NCBI GenBank assembly: GCA_964450755.1
Contig: CAYVDJ010000100.1
Span: 1,665-65,664, forward strand
Reading direction: 5' to 3'
Source of the DNA: an uncultured Campylobacterales bacterium
GTDB taxonomy: Bacteria; Campylobacterota; Campylobacteria; Campylobacterales; JAADDG01
DNA length: 64,000 nucleotides
The position numbers and the translations under genes were made by a program. The notes below the pieces were generated by a model. The model saw only the letters and a program-made list of their open reading frames with translations. It did no database searches and was not told where the DNA came from. Shown here piece after piece: positions 54,968-63,771 of this stretch; position 1 is the first letter of the stretch; each line of letters starts with the position of its first letter.

Positions 54968-56985
54968 CTTTGCCCCGTGATGAGCTTTTGAAACTCTTTT
55001 GTATTTACATTGTTTAAAAACAGTTCCATATCTTTTTGGTTCGCTTTTGCAAGTTTTTTTCTCATATCTTTGTCTTTTATAAGAAGATTGCAGTTTTTTA
55101 TATAATCCTCTTTTGATTTTGAATAAGTTGTATGAAAAAGATCCAAATCGCCATAACAGCTCTCTATCGCTTTTTCATCTCTGTCCAAAGAGTATTTAAA
55201 ATACCAGTCGGCTGTCAAAGTGGCGCCAAAACCTTTGCTCATATATTCGTCTCTTGATGTGCCTTGGGGCATGGGGAAGGTATCCAAAAAGATATCGATA
55301 ACATATCCGTAGATGTTTGCATTTACCATCCACTCAAAGACAAATCTCTCTTTATCGATTTTCAGATCGCTCAATTTTGCCTCTATCGAATCGATATTGC
55401 CTACTCCACACGCCAAAAAGATGGCATCTTTGTTTTTATCAAGTATCTCTTTTACTGTTTTTAGATATTCGATACTGTCTAATTTTACATATCTGGTTAT
55501 AACGCCAAGAACCGTTTTGTTTTTAAAACGGTTCTCTTTTATCCTTTTTGCTTCCTGCTGTTCTTTGTTTGAACCCATCATGAATGAGGTATCTATCGAT
55601 ATATTAAATCTTTTGTATTCAAAAGTGGGAGAGTTTGGCATAAAATGGGAAATTCTCTCATCAATGCCTTCAACATCATATTCAAAATTTCCATGACACC
55701 AAAATATCTGTTTTGGTGCGGTTCGTGTGGCAAAGAGAAAATCCATGATGTCATAATTGTTCAAAGAACCTATCATGATATCTGTCTCTTTGTCTATCAA
55801 TATCTCTCTTATCTTTAAAGCTTTGCTTAAGTGATCATAAAAGAGTCCCTGCTCCTGGTTGATATCAAGTCCGGCTCTTATCACTTCGATACCGAGATCA
55901 TAAAGCTTTTCAAGTTCGTTTTGCTGATCTTCTGCTTTGTCTATATAGGTCAAAGAGACAAAAGAGATCTCATAATGTTTTTTGAACTCTTCATCTTTTA
56001 AGAGAGATTTTATCAGTGAATACTCTATCTTAAAAGGAGAGTTTTCCACTATTCTGTCTTTTATAAAAGCTATTTTTATTTTGCTGTTTGGATTTATCTT
56101 TTTGCATGGTTTGAGATTGTGTTTTTTTGCAAACTCTTTGTATGCCAAAGAGGCGGGTTTGTCAATCTTGCTGTTAAAAAGCCTCCACTCTTTTGGGCTT
56201 TGGTAGTTGTTACCGCATACACTGTATATAAAAAAATGAAGATACATCTGTGTTTGGATATCATCTCTTTTTATGGCTTCGTTGCAAAGGTCTGCAAAAG
56301 GATCAAAGAGTTTCAACCAGCTTTTATGATTGTGATAGGCGGGAATATTCCATGTAATGTGCAAAAGCCAGATAACAAGAGACCTTTGAGCTGCTCTTGA
56401 GGAGTTGAAAAAATTTTTTGCTTTGGCAAGTTGTAAAACGATATCGATAATCATCTCAAAATCCGGTTCATTATCATTTAAAAAACCTCTGAATGTCTCC
56501 ACCCCCAAAACAGCTCCGCTGCTGATAGCGGCGTTTATCTCCAAAGAGAAATTTCTTTTTATATACTCCCTGACACCTTTTTCAAAATCACCGTTTAGAA
56601 AGTCGCAGACGGCTACAAGGTGGTTAAAGATATATTTTTCACTTTTGTTTGGATCTGTTTGCAGAAAATTTTGTAAAAGATACTCTCTTAGAGCTTTTAT
56701 CGTGGGATCGGGTTGAAAAGAGACGATATCATGAAATGTTTTGTAAAGATTCAGCAGTTTGACAGAGGGCATCTCACCTTTTAAAAGAACATCATCTCTT
56801 ATTCTCTTTCTGAGAATTTCAAAATATTTTAGATAATACTCTTTGTACTCCTCTTTTTCTCTTATATCATATCTGCAAAAAGCTGCTATGGAGTCTTGGA
56901 GCAGATTTATATCCTGAATAGTTTGTAGTTTTTCAATCTCTTTCCCAAAAAGAGTGTTTTTGCCATTTTGTAAAGTATCTAACAT
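54964..56985 (-). CDS. GT41 (SPINDLY/O-GlcNAc-transferase/HMW1C-like) glycosyltransferase with helical-repeat N-terminal domain
   Basis: 673 aa. The C-terminal half follows the GT41 pattern as I recall it: KIKIAFIKDRIVENSP..., FATRTAPKQIFWCHGNFEYDVEGIDERIS, LGVITRYVKL..., IDIFLDTFPMPQGTSRDEYMSKG. First gene of the operon. Confidence 0.6.
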   Translation of the reverse strand: MLDTLQNGKNTLFGKEIEKLQTIQDINLLQDSIAAFCRYDIREKEEYKEYYLKYFEILRKRIRDDVLLKGEMPSVKLLNLYKTFHDIVSFQPDPTIKALREYLLQNFLQTDPNKSEKYIFNHLVAVCDFLNGDFEKGVREYIKRNFSLEINAAISSGAVLGVETFRGFLNDNEPDFEMIIDIVLQLAKAKNFFNSSRAAQRSLVIWLLHITWNIPAYHNHKSWLKLFDPFADLCNEAIKRDDIQTQMYLHFFIYSVCGNNYQSPKEWRLFNSKIDKPASLAYKEFAKKHNLKPCKKINPNSKIKIAFIKDRIVENSPFKIEYSLIKSLLKDEEFKKHYEISFVSLTYIDKAEDQQNELEKLYDLGIEVIRAGLDINQEQGLFYDHLSKALKIREILIDKETDIMIGSLNNYDIMDFLFATRTAPKQIFWCHGNFEYDVEGIDERISHFMPNSPTFEYKRFNISIDTSFMMGSNKEQQEAKRIKENRFKNKTVLGVITRYVKLDSIEYLKTVKEILDKNKDAIFLACGVGNIDSIEAKLSDLKIDKERFVFEWMVNANIYGYVIDIFLDTFPMPQGTSRDEYMSKGFGATLTADWYFKYSLDRDEKAIESCYGDLDLFHTTYSKSKEDYIKNCNLLIKDKDMRKKLAKANQKDMELFLNNVNTKEFQKLITGQR

Positions 56986-57085
56986 AATTTTACCGACTTT
57001 CCAAATATTTTAAAGTCTTAGAAAGCAAAAAACATTCCAAAAAGCCGACGGAAAGATGAATTTTAAAATTATCAAATATTTTATT

Positions 57086-57844
57086 TTATATTTCTATCAT
57101 ATCTTTTTCATAACATTGTGGATCAAATCGGCAGACTGTTTTGTTATCAAAATCTAAAAGTTCTTCTCTTTTGTCAGGATAATAAACACTGTTTAAAAAG
57201 TGTTTTATTGTATTGATACGGGCTGTTTTTTTGTCATCTGTGTGGATGATATTCCACGGGGCAAAATCAAAAGATGTTTTTGCAAACATTTCATCTCTTG
57301 CTTTTGAATATTCATCCCAAAGTTCCTGGGCTTTTGCGTCTATCGGGCTTAGTTTCCACTGTTTTAGGGGGTTTGTTCTTCTCTCTTCAAGCCTTTTTTT
57401 CTGCTCCTTTTTGGAGATGTCAAGATAGTATTTCAAAAAGATCATTTTGGAGTGAACCAAAAGCCTCTCATAGTTTCCAACTTCCTCTATGAAATCTTTA
57501 TACTCCTCATCTGTGCAAAATCCCATAACTCTCTCAACTCCGGCGCGGTTGTACCAGCTTCGGTTAAAAAATGCTATTTCTCCACCGCTTGGAAGATAGA
57601 TCGTGTATCTTTGAAAATACCATGAGATTTTATCTTTGTCGGAAGGTTTGCCAAGAGCCACGACTCTGGCTTCTCTGGGGCTTAGATGTTGTGTAAATCT
57701 TTTGATGGTTCCGTCTTTTCCCGCTGTATCTCTCCCCTCAAAGATGATACATACGGCGATTTTTTTTTCTATCACATATCTTTGAAATTTGACAAGTTCC
57801 ACCTGTAAGTCATAAAGTGTTTTTTTATACTCTTTTTTATCCAT
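57086..57844 (-). CDS. ppk2: Polyphosphate kinase 2
   Basis: 252 aa with FEGRDTAGKDGTIKR (Walker A), FNRSWYNRAGVERVMG and the lid motif. Confidence 0.92.
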   Translation of the reverse strand: MDKKEYKKTLYDLQVELVKFQRYVIEKKIAVCIIFEGRDTAGKDGTIKRFTQHLSPREARVVALGKPSDKDKISWYFQRYTIYLPSGGEIAFFNRSWYNRAGVERVMGFCTDEEYKDFIEEVGNYERLLVHSKMIFLKYYLDISKKEQKKRLEERRTNPLKQWKLSPIDAKAQELWDEYSKARDEMFAKTSFDFAPWNIIHTDDKKTARINTIKHFLNSVYYPDKREELLDFDNKTVCRFDPQCYEKDMIEI

Positions 57845-57899
57845 TTCCTATCTCCTTTTGGATATTATAACTCTTTGAGATAAAAATTAAGGTAAAAAG

Positions 57900-58826
57900 A
57901 TGAAAAAAGTTTACTTTCATAAGAAAGAGAAATATCCTTGGCAAAAGCCTAAACTCAAAGAAGAAGACCCAAAAGCACTAGCTCTTGTTGAAAAGATCAT
58001 GAACTCTCCTACCTATAAACTGGCGCAGGAGGATTGGGAATTTATAAATTCCGATGAGGCAAGGGCGATAAGGCTTCAGCTTGATTATCTAAAACCCGAA
58101 ATTCAGATGAGAAAATACGGAATCAAATATACTATCGTGGTTTTTGGAAGTTCGAGAATAAGAGAACGCAAAACGGCAATGAAAAAACTAAAGACGATTC
58201 AGAGAGAACTTGATAAAAATCCCGATTCAAAAGAGCTTTTAAGAGAGCTTGACATAGCCAAAAGAATGCTGAAAAAGAGTGTCTATTACGAAGATGCGCG
58301 ACATTTTGGAAGGCTGGTGGGCAAAAGCGGAAAAGGTCCCAATGACTGTAAAGTTACTGTTATGACAGGAGGCGGACCCGGTATCATGGAGGCAGCAAAC
58401 AGAGGGGCTTATGATGTGGGAGCCAAAACGATAGGACTAAACATCTCTCTTCCCCATGAGCAGTATCCAAATCCCTATATAACTCCTGATCTGTGTTTTT
58501 TGTTTCACTATTTTGCCATAAGAAAACTTCATTTTCTAAATCGTGCGAAAGCGTTGGTGATATATCCGGGCGGATTTGGTACTCTTGATGAACTTTTTGA
58601 GACTCTGACTCTCATTCAGACACAAAAAAATCAGGCTATTCCTGTTGTAATGATAGATAAATCATACTGGAGCAGGGCGATTGATTTTGATTTTTTAAAA
58701 GAGGAGGGAGTGATAAGCGGGGAAGATTTGGATATATTTACATTTGCCAAAAATGCTGTGGAGGCGTGGGAATATATTTTGGAGTGGTACAAAAAAAGGG
58801 ATATAGAGCTTTTCAATCACTTTTAG
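57900..58826 (+). CDS. LOG/TIGR00730-family nucleotide 5'-monophosphate nucleosidase-like protein (long form)
   Basis: 308 aa with GGGPGIMEAANRGA and PGGFGTLDELFE signatures, plus N- and C-terminal extensions. Confidence 0.85.
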   Translation: MKKVYFHKKEKYPWQKPKLKEEDPKALALVEKIMNSPTYKLAQEDWEFINSDEARAIRLQLDYLKPEIQMRKYGIKYTIVVFGSSRIRERKTAMKKLKTIQRELDKNPDSKELLRELDIAKRMLKKSVYYEDARHFGRLVGKSGKGPNDCKVTVMTGGGPGIMEAANRGAYDVGAKTIGLNISLPHEQYPNPYITPDLCFLFHYFAIRKLHFLNRAKALVIYPGGFGTLDELFETLTLIQTQKNQAIPVVMIDKSYWSRAIDFDFLKEEGVISGEDLDIFTFAKNAVEAWEYILEWYKKRDIELFNHF

Positions 58827-58854
58827 ATATAATAACGATAAAAGGAGAGAAACC

Positions 58855-59064
58855 ATGGATGCGGAAAAAAAAGAGTTACAATCAAGAAAAAGCGAGATAA
58901 AAAAGGAATTGAAACTTCTTTTTAAAGCAAATATGAAGATAACTGATTGGGATATTCCCGAAGCTGATGATAAAAAAAGTGCGGAGATTTTGGTACAGAT
59001 ATTCCAAGAAGGTCTTGATGAGATCAAAAGGGATATAGAAGAGGGAAAATATAATAATTATTAA
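58855..59064 (+). CDS. Small Lys/Glu-rich hypothetical protein (69 aa)
   Basis: ORF preceded by AAGGAGAGA. No recognisable motif. Confidence 0.45.
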   Translation: MDAEKKELQSRKSEIKKELKLLFKANMKITDWDIPEADDKKSAEILVQIFQEGLDEIKRDIEEGKYNNY

Positions 59065-59104
59065 CCGACTGCCTGTATATTTTAAAAAATAAAAAGGATA
59101 AAAA

Positions 59105-59299
59105 ATGCAAGAGAAGATAGAAAAAGTAAAAGAAGCCGTTAAAAAATCGCAAGAGATAGAAGATATGAAAAAGAGTTTGATTTTGGAAAAGATAGAGGAG
59201 TGGAAACACGAAGATGAGGCGATGAGCTTGATCCCTGAAAAACTGATGGAACTTGCAGCGGAGATCAAGCCTATTTTAAAAGAGATAGGGTTGATATAG
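59105..59299 (+). CDS. Small Lys/Glu-rich hypothetical protein (64 aa)
   Basis: ORF preceded by AAAGGATAAAAA. It ends 2 nt before the rraA start. Confidence 0.45.
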   Translation: MQEKIEKVKEAVKKSQEIEDMKKSLILEKIEEWKHEDEAMSLIPEKLMELAAEIKPILKEIGLI

Positions 59300-59301
59300 T
59301 C

Positions 59302-59778
59302 ATGGGTTTTTTTACAGCAGATCTTTGTGATGAATTTTTTGATTCTGTGAGAGTTTTGGAGCCGATTTTCAGATCTTACGGCGGTCTTTTGAAGTGTGAA
59401 GGAGAGATAGCGACAGTCAAACTTGACGAAGACAACAGTGAACTTATCTCTTTGTTAAAAGAAGAAGGCAGAGGAAGAGTTGTTGTTGCCGATGCAAACG
59501 GGGATTATTGTGCGATAGTCGGAGACAAACTGATGGGTATTGCCAAAAAAAACGGTTGGAGCGGTATCGTTGTAAACGGTTATGTCAGAGATATTGTAAA
59601 TACCCAAAATATCGAAGTGGCTCTTTTTGCTCTTGGAACATATCCGAAAAAGAGTACAAAAAAGGCAAAAGGTCAAAAAGGTGTTGATCTCAATTTCGCC
59701 GGAGTTTTGTTTAAAGAGGGTGATTATCTTTATGCCGATGAGGATGGAATCGTTTTGAGTGATAAAAAACTTTTGTAA
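59302..59778 (+). CDS. rraA: RraA-family protein (RNase E regulator / HMG-type aldolase fold)
   Basis: 158 aa. TADLCDEF..., GDKLMGIAKKNGWSGIVVNGYVRD and ADEDGIV are typical of RraA/MenG. Confidence 0.88.
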   Translation: MGFFTADLCDEFFDSVRVLEPIFRSYGGLLKCEGEIATVKLDEDNSELISLLKEEGRGRVVVADANGDYCAIVGDKLMGIAKKNGWSGIVVNGYVRDIVNTQNIEVALFALGTYPKKSTKKAKGQKGVDLNFAGVLFKEGDYLYADEDGIVLSDKKLL

Positions 59779-59789
59779 TCTTCAAGGGG

Positions 59790-59824
59790 AGGTGATATCA
59801 AAAAGAGGAAATCTGATATCACCT
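59790..59824. terminator. Perfect 11-bp hairpin between convergent rraA and nusA
   Basis: AGGTGATATCA-N13-TGATATCACCT. No U-tract, so function is inferred from position. Confidence 0.45.
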
Positions 59825-59837
59825 AAAACCCTTTCGG

Positions 59838-60962
59838 TCAGTCTCCAAAAAGATCTTTAAGTGCATTTATATTTTTTATTACCTCTTCATTCTTTGTTGA
59901 AGATACGGCAGGTTGTGGTGATGACTGTTTTATCTCTTTTAACTCTATCTGATGTCCTGTAAGCATAGATGCCAAACGGATATTGATACCGCTTTTTCCG
60001 ATAGCTTTTGATTTTTGATCGCTTGGTACCGTAACGACCGCTTTGTCTCCCTCCATCTTAACGCTTGATATGATAGCCGGAGCCATTGCTCTTGATACGA
60101 ATATTTCCGGAACGGATGAGTACTCTATACAGTCTATATTTTCCCCGTCAAGCTCTTTGCTGACAGAGTTGATTCTGACCCCTTTTACTCCAACTGTTGC
60201 CCCTACCGGATCGATTTTTGAATCCAGTGAAGTCAAAGCCACCTTGGCTCTCTCCCCCGGTATTCTTGCCGCTTTTTGGATAAGTATCAGTTCATCTTTT
60301 ATTTCGGGAACGGCGGTTTTTAGAAGCTCTTCCAAAAATTTGGGTGTTGTTCTTGAAAGCTCTACGGTCATACCGTCCACCCTGTCGATATTGACTTTTC
60401 TTATAACGCTTTTTACGACATCTCCGGGTTTGAACTTTTCACCTTTAATACGGTTTCTTTTTGGCAGGATTGCCTGAACTTCATCTATCTCTATATAGGT
60501 GTTGTCATTTGGATCCACTCTTGTTACGGTTCCAAATACGATTTTTCCTATTTTATTTTTATATTTTTCAAAGATAACTCTCTCCAATGCCCTTTGGATG
60601 TGATATTCAAGTTCTCTGTGCAGGGTGGCTGCCGCGGTTCTTCCAAGATTGTCCAACGGAAGTTCGTAGGTAAGTTCGTCTCCGGCCTCGACATTTGGAT
60701 CTATCTCTTTTGCCTCTTTTAAAGTTATAAATTTTTCGTGATCAAGCTCTTCTTTGTCATCTTCGTCCGGTATAACAACCACTTTTTGGAAAAGTTTGAG
60801 TTTTTTGTTTTTTTCATCGATTTCAACATCATAATCATACTCTTCTCCATAGATTTTTTTTGCGGTTCTTATCATGGCAATCTTTAGAGCTTCTTTGACA
60901 TTTTCTATTTTAAGCCCTTTTTCATGCGCAATAGACTCTATAATATTTACTATTTTTTCCAA
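59838..60962 (-). CDS. nusA: Transcription termination/antitermination factor NusA
   Basis: 374 aa. N-terminal domain, S1 (GTVTRVDPN..), and two KH domains (RAKVAL...GVKGVRI, GKSGINIRLA). Confidence 0.93.
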   Translation of the reverse strand: MEKIVNIIESIAHEKGLKIENVKEALKIAMIRTAKKIYGEEYDYDVEIDEKNKKLKLFQKVVVIPDEDDKEELDHEKFITLKEAKEIDPNVEAGDELTYELPLDNLGRTAAATLHRELEYHIQRALERVIFEKYKNKIGKIVFGTVTRVDPNDNTYIEIDEVQAILPKRNRIKGEKFKPGDVVKSVIRKVNIDRVDGMTVELSRTTPKFLEELLKTAVPEIKDELILIQKAARIPGERAKVALTSLDSKIDPVGATVGVKGVRINSVSKELDGENIDCIEYSSVPEIFVSRAMAPAIISSVKMEGDKAVVTVPSDQKSKAIGKSGINIRLASMLTGHQIELKEIKQSSPQPAVSSTKNEEVIKNINALKDLFGD

Positions 60963-61154
60963 ATTATTATTCCTTTGATTTGTTTGAATGATTTTTTAAT
61001 TTAAATGCAGAAGGCTAAATTCTATCTAAAACGCGCTTTTATTAACATTAAGATAGAGTGATTAATAAGTAATTTATACAAAAATTGGTATACTCCCGCT
61101 ACTTTTTAATATAGTAATGTAGCGAAAATATTTTAAAATGTAAAGGGACATTTG

Positions 61155-61397
61155 ATGAAAATAAAATTGGCAAGAGCTGATCTGAGTGCAAAACCAAAAG
61201 AGATGGATTTGGAGGAGATTGATAAAATAATAGAAAAAGAGGCTCAAAAGATTTTTTATTTCGATAAAGAAAATGAGCATAAACAGCTTGTTAAGATGGT
61301 AGAACATTTTGAAGACAAGGGAAAAAGTATCTATCTTCGGGAGGTTAGATACGGTTTGGATGAGGGAGATTATATTTACGAAGTGCATATTTTATAA
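61155..61397 (+). CDS. Hypothetical protein (80 aa)
   Basis: ORF from the ATG at 61155, ending 11 nt before miaB. No recognisable motif. Confidence 0.4.
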   Translation: MKIKLARADLSAKPKEMDLEEIDKIIEKEAQKIFYFDKENEHKQLVKMVEHFEDKGKSIYLREVRYGLDEGDYIYEVHIL

Positions 61398-61408
61398 AAG
61401 AGACAAAA

Positions 61409-62713
61409 ATGTCAAATAAACTTTTTATAGAGACTTTAGGTTGTGCTATGAATGTGAGGGATTCTGAACATATCATAGCCGAACTTACCAAAAAAGAGAA
61501 CTATACTTTAACCGGCAGGATAGAAGAAGCCGATCTTATTATCATAAATACATGCAGTGTCAGAGAGAAACCTGTCCATAAACTATTTTCAGAAATAGGT
61601 CAGTTTAAGAAGAAAAAGAGAAAAGACGCAAAAATAGGTGTATGCGGTTGTACGGCAAGTCATCTAGGAGAAGAGATTATCAAAAAAGCTCCTTTTGTGA
61701 ATTTTGTTTTAGGAGCGCGAAATGTCTCTAAAATATCAAAAGCTATAAAAGAGGACAAATATGTAGATGTGGATATAGATTATGATGAGAGCGGTTATGC
61801 TTTTAGTGATTTTAGAAGCAACCCTTATAAAGCTCTTATCAATATCTCCATAGGGTGTGATAAAAGCTGCACCTATTGTATCGTGCCAAATACAAGAGGA
61901 GATGAGATATCAATTCCATCGGAACTTATTTTACAGGAAGCAAAAAAAGCTGCAAAAGCAGGAGCAAAAGAGATCTTTTTGCTTGGACAAAATGTTAATA
62001 ATTACGGTAAAAGATTCAGTGACCCAAATGCCAAAAAGGTTGATTTTTCCGATCTTTTGGAGATGGTCTCAGCAATAGACGAGGTTAAGAGAATCCGTTT
62101 CACATCACCGCATCCTCTCCATATGGATGATCATTTTTTGGAAGTTTTTGCCAAAAACAGAAAAATATGCAAATCAATGCATATGCCCTTACAAAGCGGT
62201 TCTACCAAAATTTTACAGGATATGAAAAGAGGATATACAAAAGAGTGGTTTTTAAACAGAGCATTGAAATTGCGGCAAATGATACCCGATGTTCATATAA
62301 GTACCGATATTATCGTTGCATTTCCGGGTGAAGATGAAAAGGATTTTGAAGATACTCTTGATGTGATGAGAAAAGTGAGATTTGATCAGATATTCAGTTT
62401 TAAATACTCTCCAAGACCATTGACAAAAGCCGCTGAATTTTCAAATCAGATAGATTCCAAAACAGCTTCAAAAAGACTCAACAGAGTGCAGGAACTTCAT
62501 AATGAGATACTAGATGATAAAATATCCAAAGAGGAGGGTAAGATTTATGAAGTCTATTTTGAAGAGTTAAGAAGTGATAATCAGGTAGCCGGAAGAAGCG
62601 ATAACAACTATCTTGTTTGTGTCAAAGGAAGTGAGGAACTTTTGGGTAAATTTGCCAAAGTCAAGATTACAAATCCGAGGAGACTGACTCTTTTTGGGGA
62701 AGTGATTGAGTAA
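61409..62713 (+). CDS. miaB: tRNA-2-methylthio-N6-dimethylallyladenosine synthase
   Basis: 434 aa. UPF0004 Cys triad (C..C..C), radical [15 protein letters not shown], and a C-terminal TRAM domain. Confidence 0.93.
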   Translation: MSNKLFIETLGCAMNVRDSEHIIAELTKKENYTLTGRIEEADLIIINTCSVREKPVHKLFSEIGQFKKKKRKDAKIGVCGCTASHLGEEIIKKAPFVNFVLGARNVSKISKAIKEDKYVDVDIDYDESGYAFSDFRSNPYKALINISIGCDKSCTYCIVPNTRGDEISIPSELILQEAKKAAKAGAKEIFLLGQNVNNYGKRFSDPNAKKVDFSDLLEMVSAIDEVKRIRFTSPHPLHMDDHFLEVFAKNRKICKSMHMPLQSGSTKILQDMKRGYTKEWFLNRALKLRQMIPDVHISTDIIVAFPGEDEKDFEDTLDVMRKVRFDQIFSFKYSPRPLTKAAEFSNQIDSKTASKRLNRVQELHNEILDDKISKEEGKIYEVYFEELRSDNQVAGRSDNNYLVCVKGSEELLGKFAKVKITNPRRLTLFGEVIE

Positions 62714-63329
62714 AAAAGTAACAAGAAAACTTCTTCTTTATATAGGTCCTTTTCTGGGCTATGCTATTATTCGTTTAATCTACTTAACTTGTAAAAAAGA
62801 ATTTCATATATCTTCCAATATTCCCAAAGAACCGTTTGTGGGTGTGCTTTGGCACGGTGAGATGCTAATGCAGCTTTTTATGTATAAAAAATTCAGAAAA
62901 AAGGTAAAAACCGTTATAATGATCAGTGAACACTTTGACGGAGAAGTGATCTCAAAGATATTGAAACTTTACGGTTTTGGGTCTGTCAGAGGAAGCAGCA
63001 GCAAAGGTTCTATAAAAGTTTTAAAAGAGGCTTTCAGTGCGATAGACAATGGCTATGATCTGGCTATAACTCCAGATGGTCCAAGAGGTCCTTATCACTC
63101 TTTGGCAGATGGAGTGGTTTTGATAGCACAAAGGAAAAATATGAAAATAATTGCAACAAGATATAAAGCTTCAAAATATTGGCAATTAAATTCATGGGAT
63201 AAGTTTATCATTCCCAAACCTTTTTCAACACTCTGTTTTTATGCAAGTGAGCCTTTTGCCATAGACGGACTTTCCAAAGATGAAGCCAAAGAGCTTATTA
63301 AAAAGACATTGGATAAATTTGATGCGTAA
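62706..63329 (+). CDS. DUF374 (lysophospholipid-acyltransferase-like) protein
   Basis: 207 aa. WHGEMLM...SEHFDGE...[10 protein letters not shown]...ITPDGPRGP matches the DUF374 pattern. TTG start overlaps miaB. Confidence 0.7.
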   Translation: MSKKVTRKLLLYIGPFLGYAIIRLIYLTCKKEFHISSNIPKEPFVGVLWHGEMLMQLFMYKKFRKKVKTVIMISEHFDGEVISKILKLYGFGSVRGSSSKGSIKVLKEAFSAIDNGYDLAITPDGPRGPYHSLADGVVLIAQRKNMKIIATRYKASKYWQLNSWDKFIIPKPFSTLCFYASEPFAIDGLSKDEAKELIKKTLDKFDA

Positions 63330-63771
63330 AATAGGACTTTTTCTTTTTTTTCTTCTGATAATGGGGGCAATTGCTCTTTATTTTTATACGAATGAATCCT
63401 ATAAAAAATCTATTGAAGCCAAATATTTTTATATGAAAGAGGATTATAAAAAAGCCTATCTTCTCTCAAGAGAAGCTTTTGGAGATGATCCTTATAACAA
63501 AATGGCATTTTCCGTTATGACTCAAAGTAAAATTGCTTTTAAATTTCAAGATTATATCAATGACGGTAAAAAATACCTTTTAGATATAAAAAGTATCAGT
63601 GAGAAAAAGAGTATCAGCAAAGCCGATAAGGTGAGAATAAAAATGATGTGTGAAACTATGATGCAAAAATATCAAAATATAAGTCCCACCGTTTTAACCA
63701 ACAAGGAGCTTTTTAAAGAGGCTACAAAGATATATAAACAGTTTAAACAGATATATGAAGACCTTTTTTGA
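63322..63771 (+). CDS. Membrane-anchored hypothetical protein
   Basis: The ATG at 63322 ([22 protein letters not shown]...) overlaps the upstream stop. The longer track start at 63280 is unsupported. Confidence 0.5.
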   Translation: MRKIGLFLFFLLIMGAIALYFYTNESYKKSIEAKYFYMKEDYKKAYLLSREAFGDDPYNKMAFSVMTQSKIAFKFQDYINDGKKYLLDIKSISEKKSISKADKVRIKMMCETMMQKYQNISPTVLTNKELFKEATKIYKQFKQIYEDLF

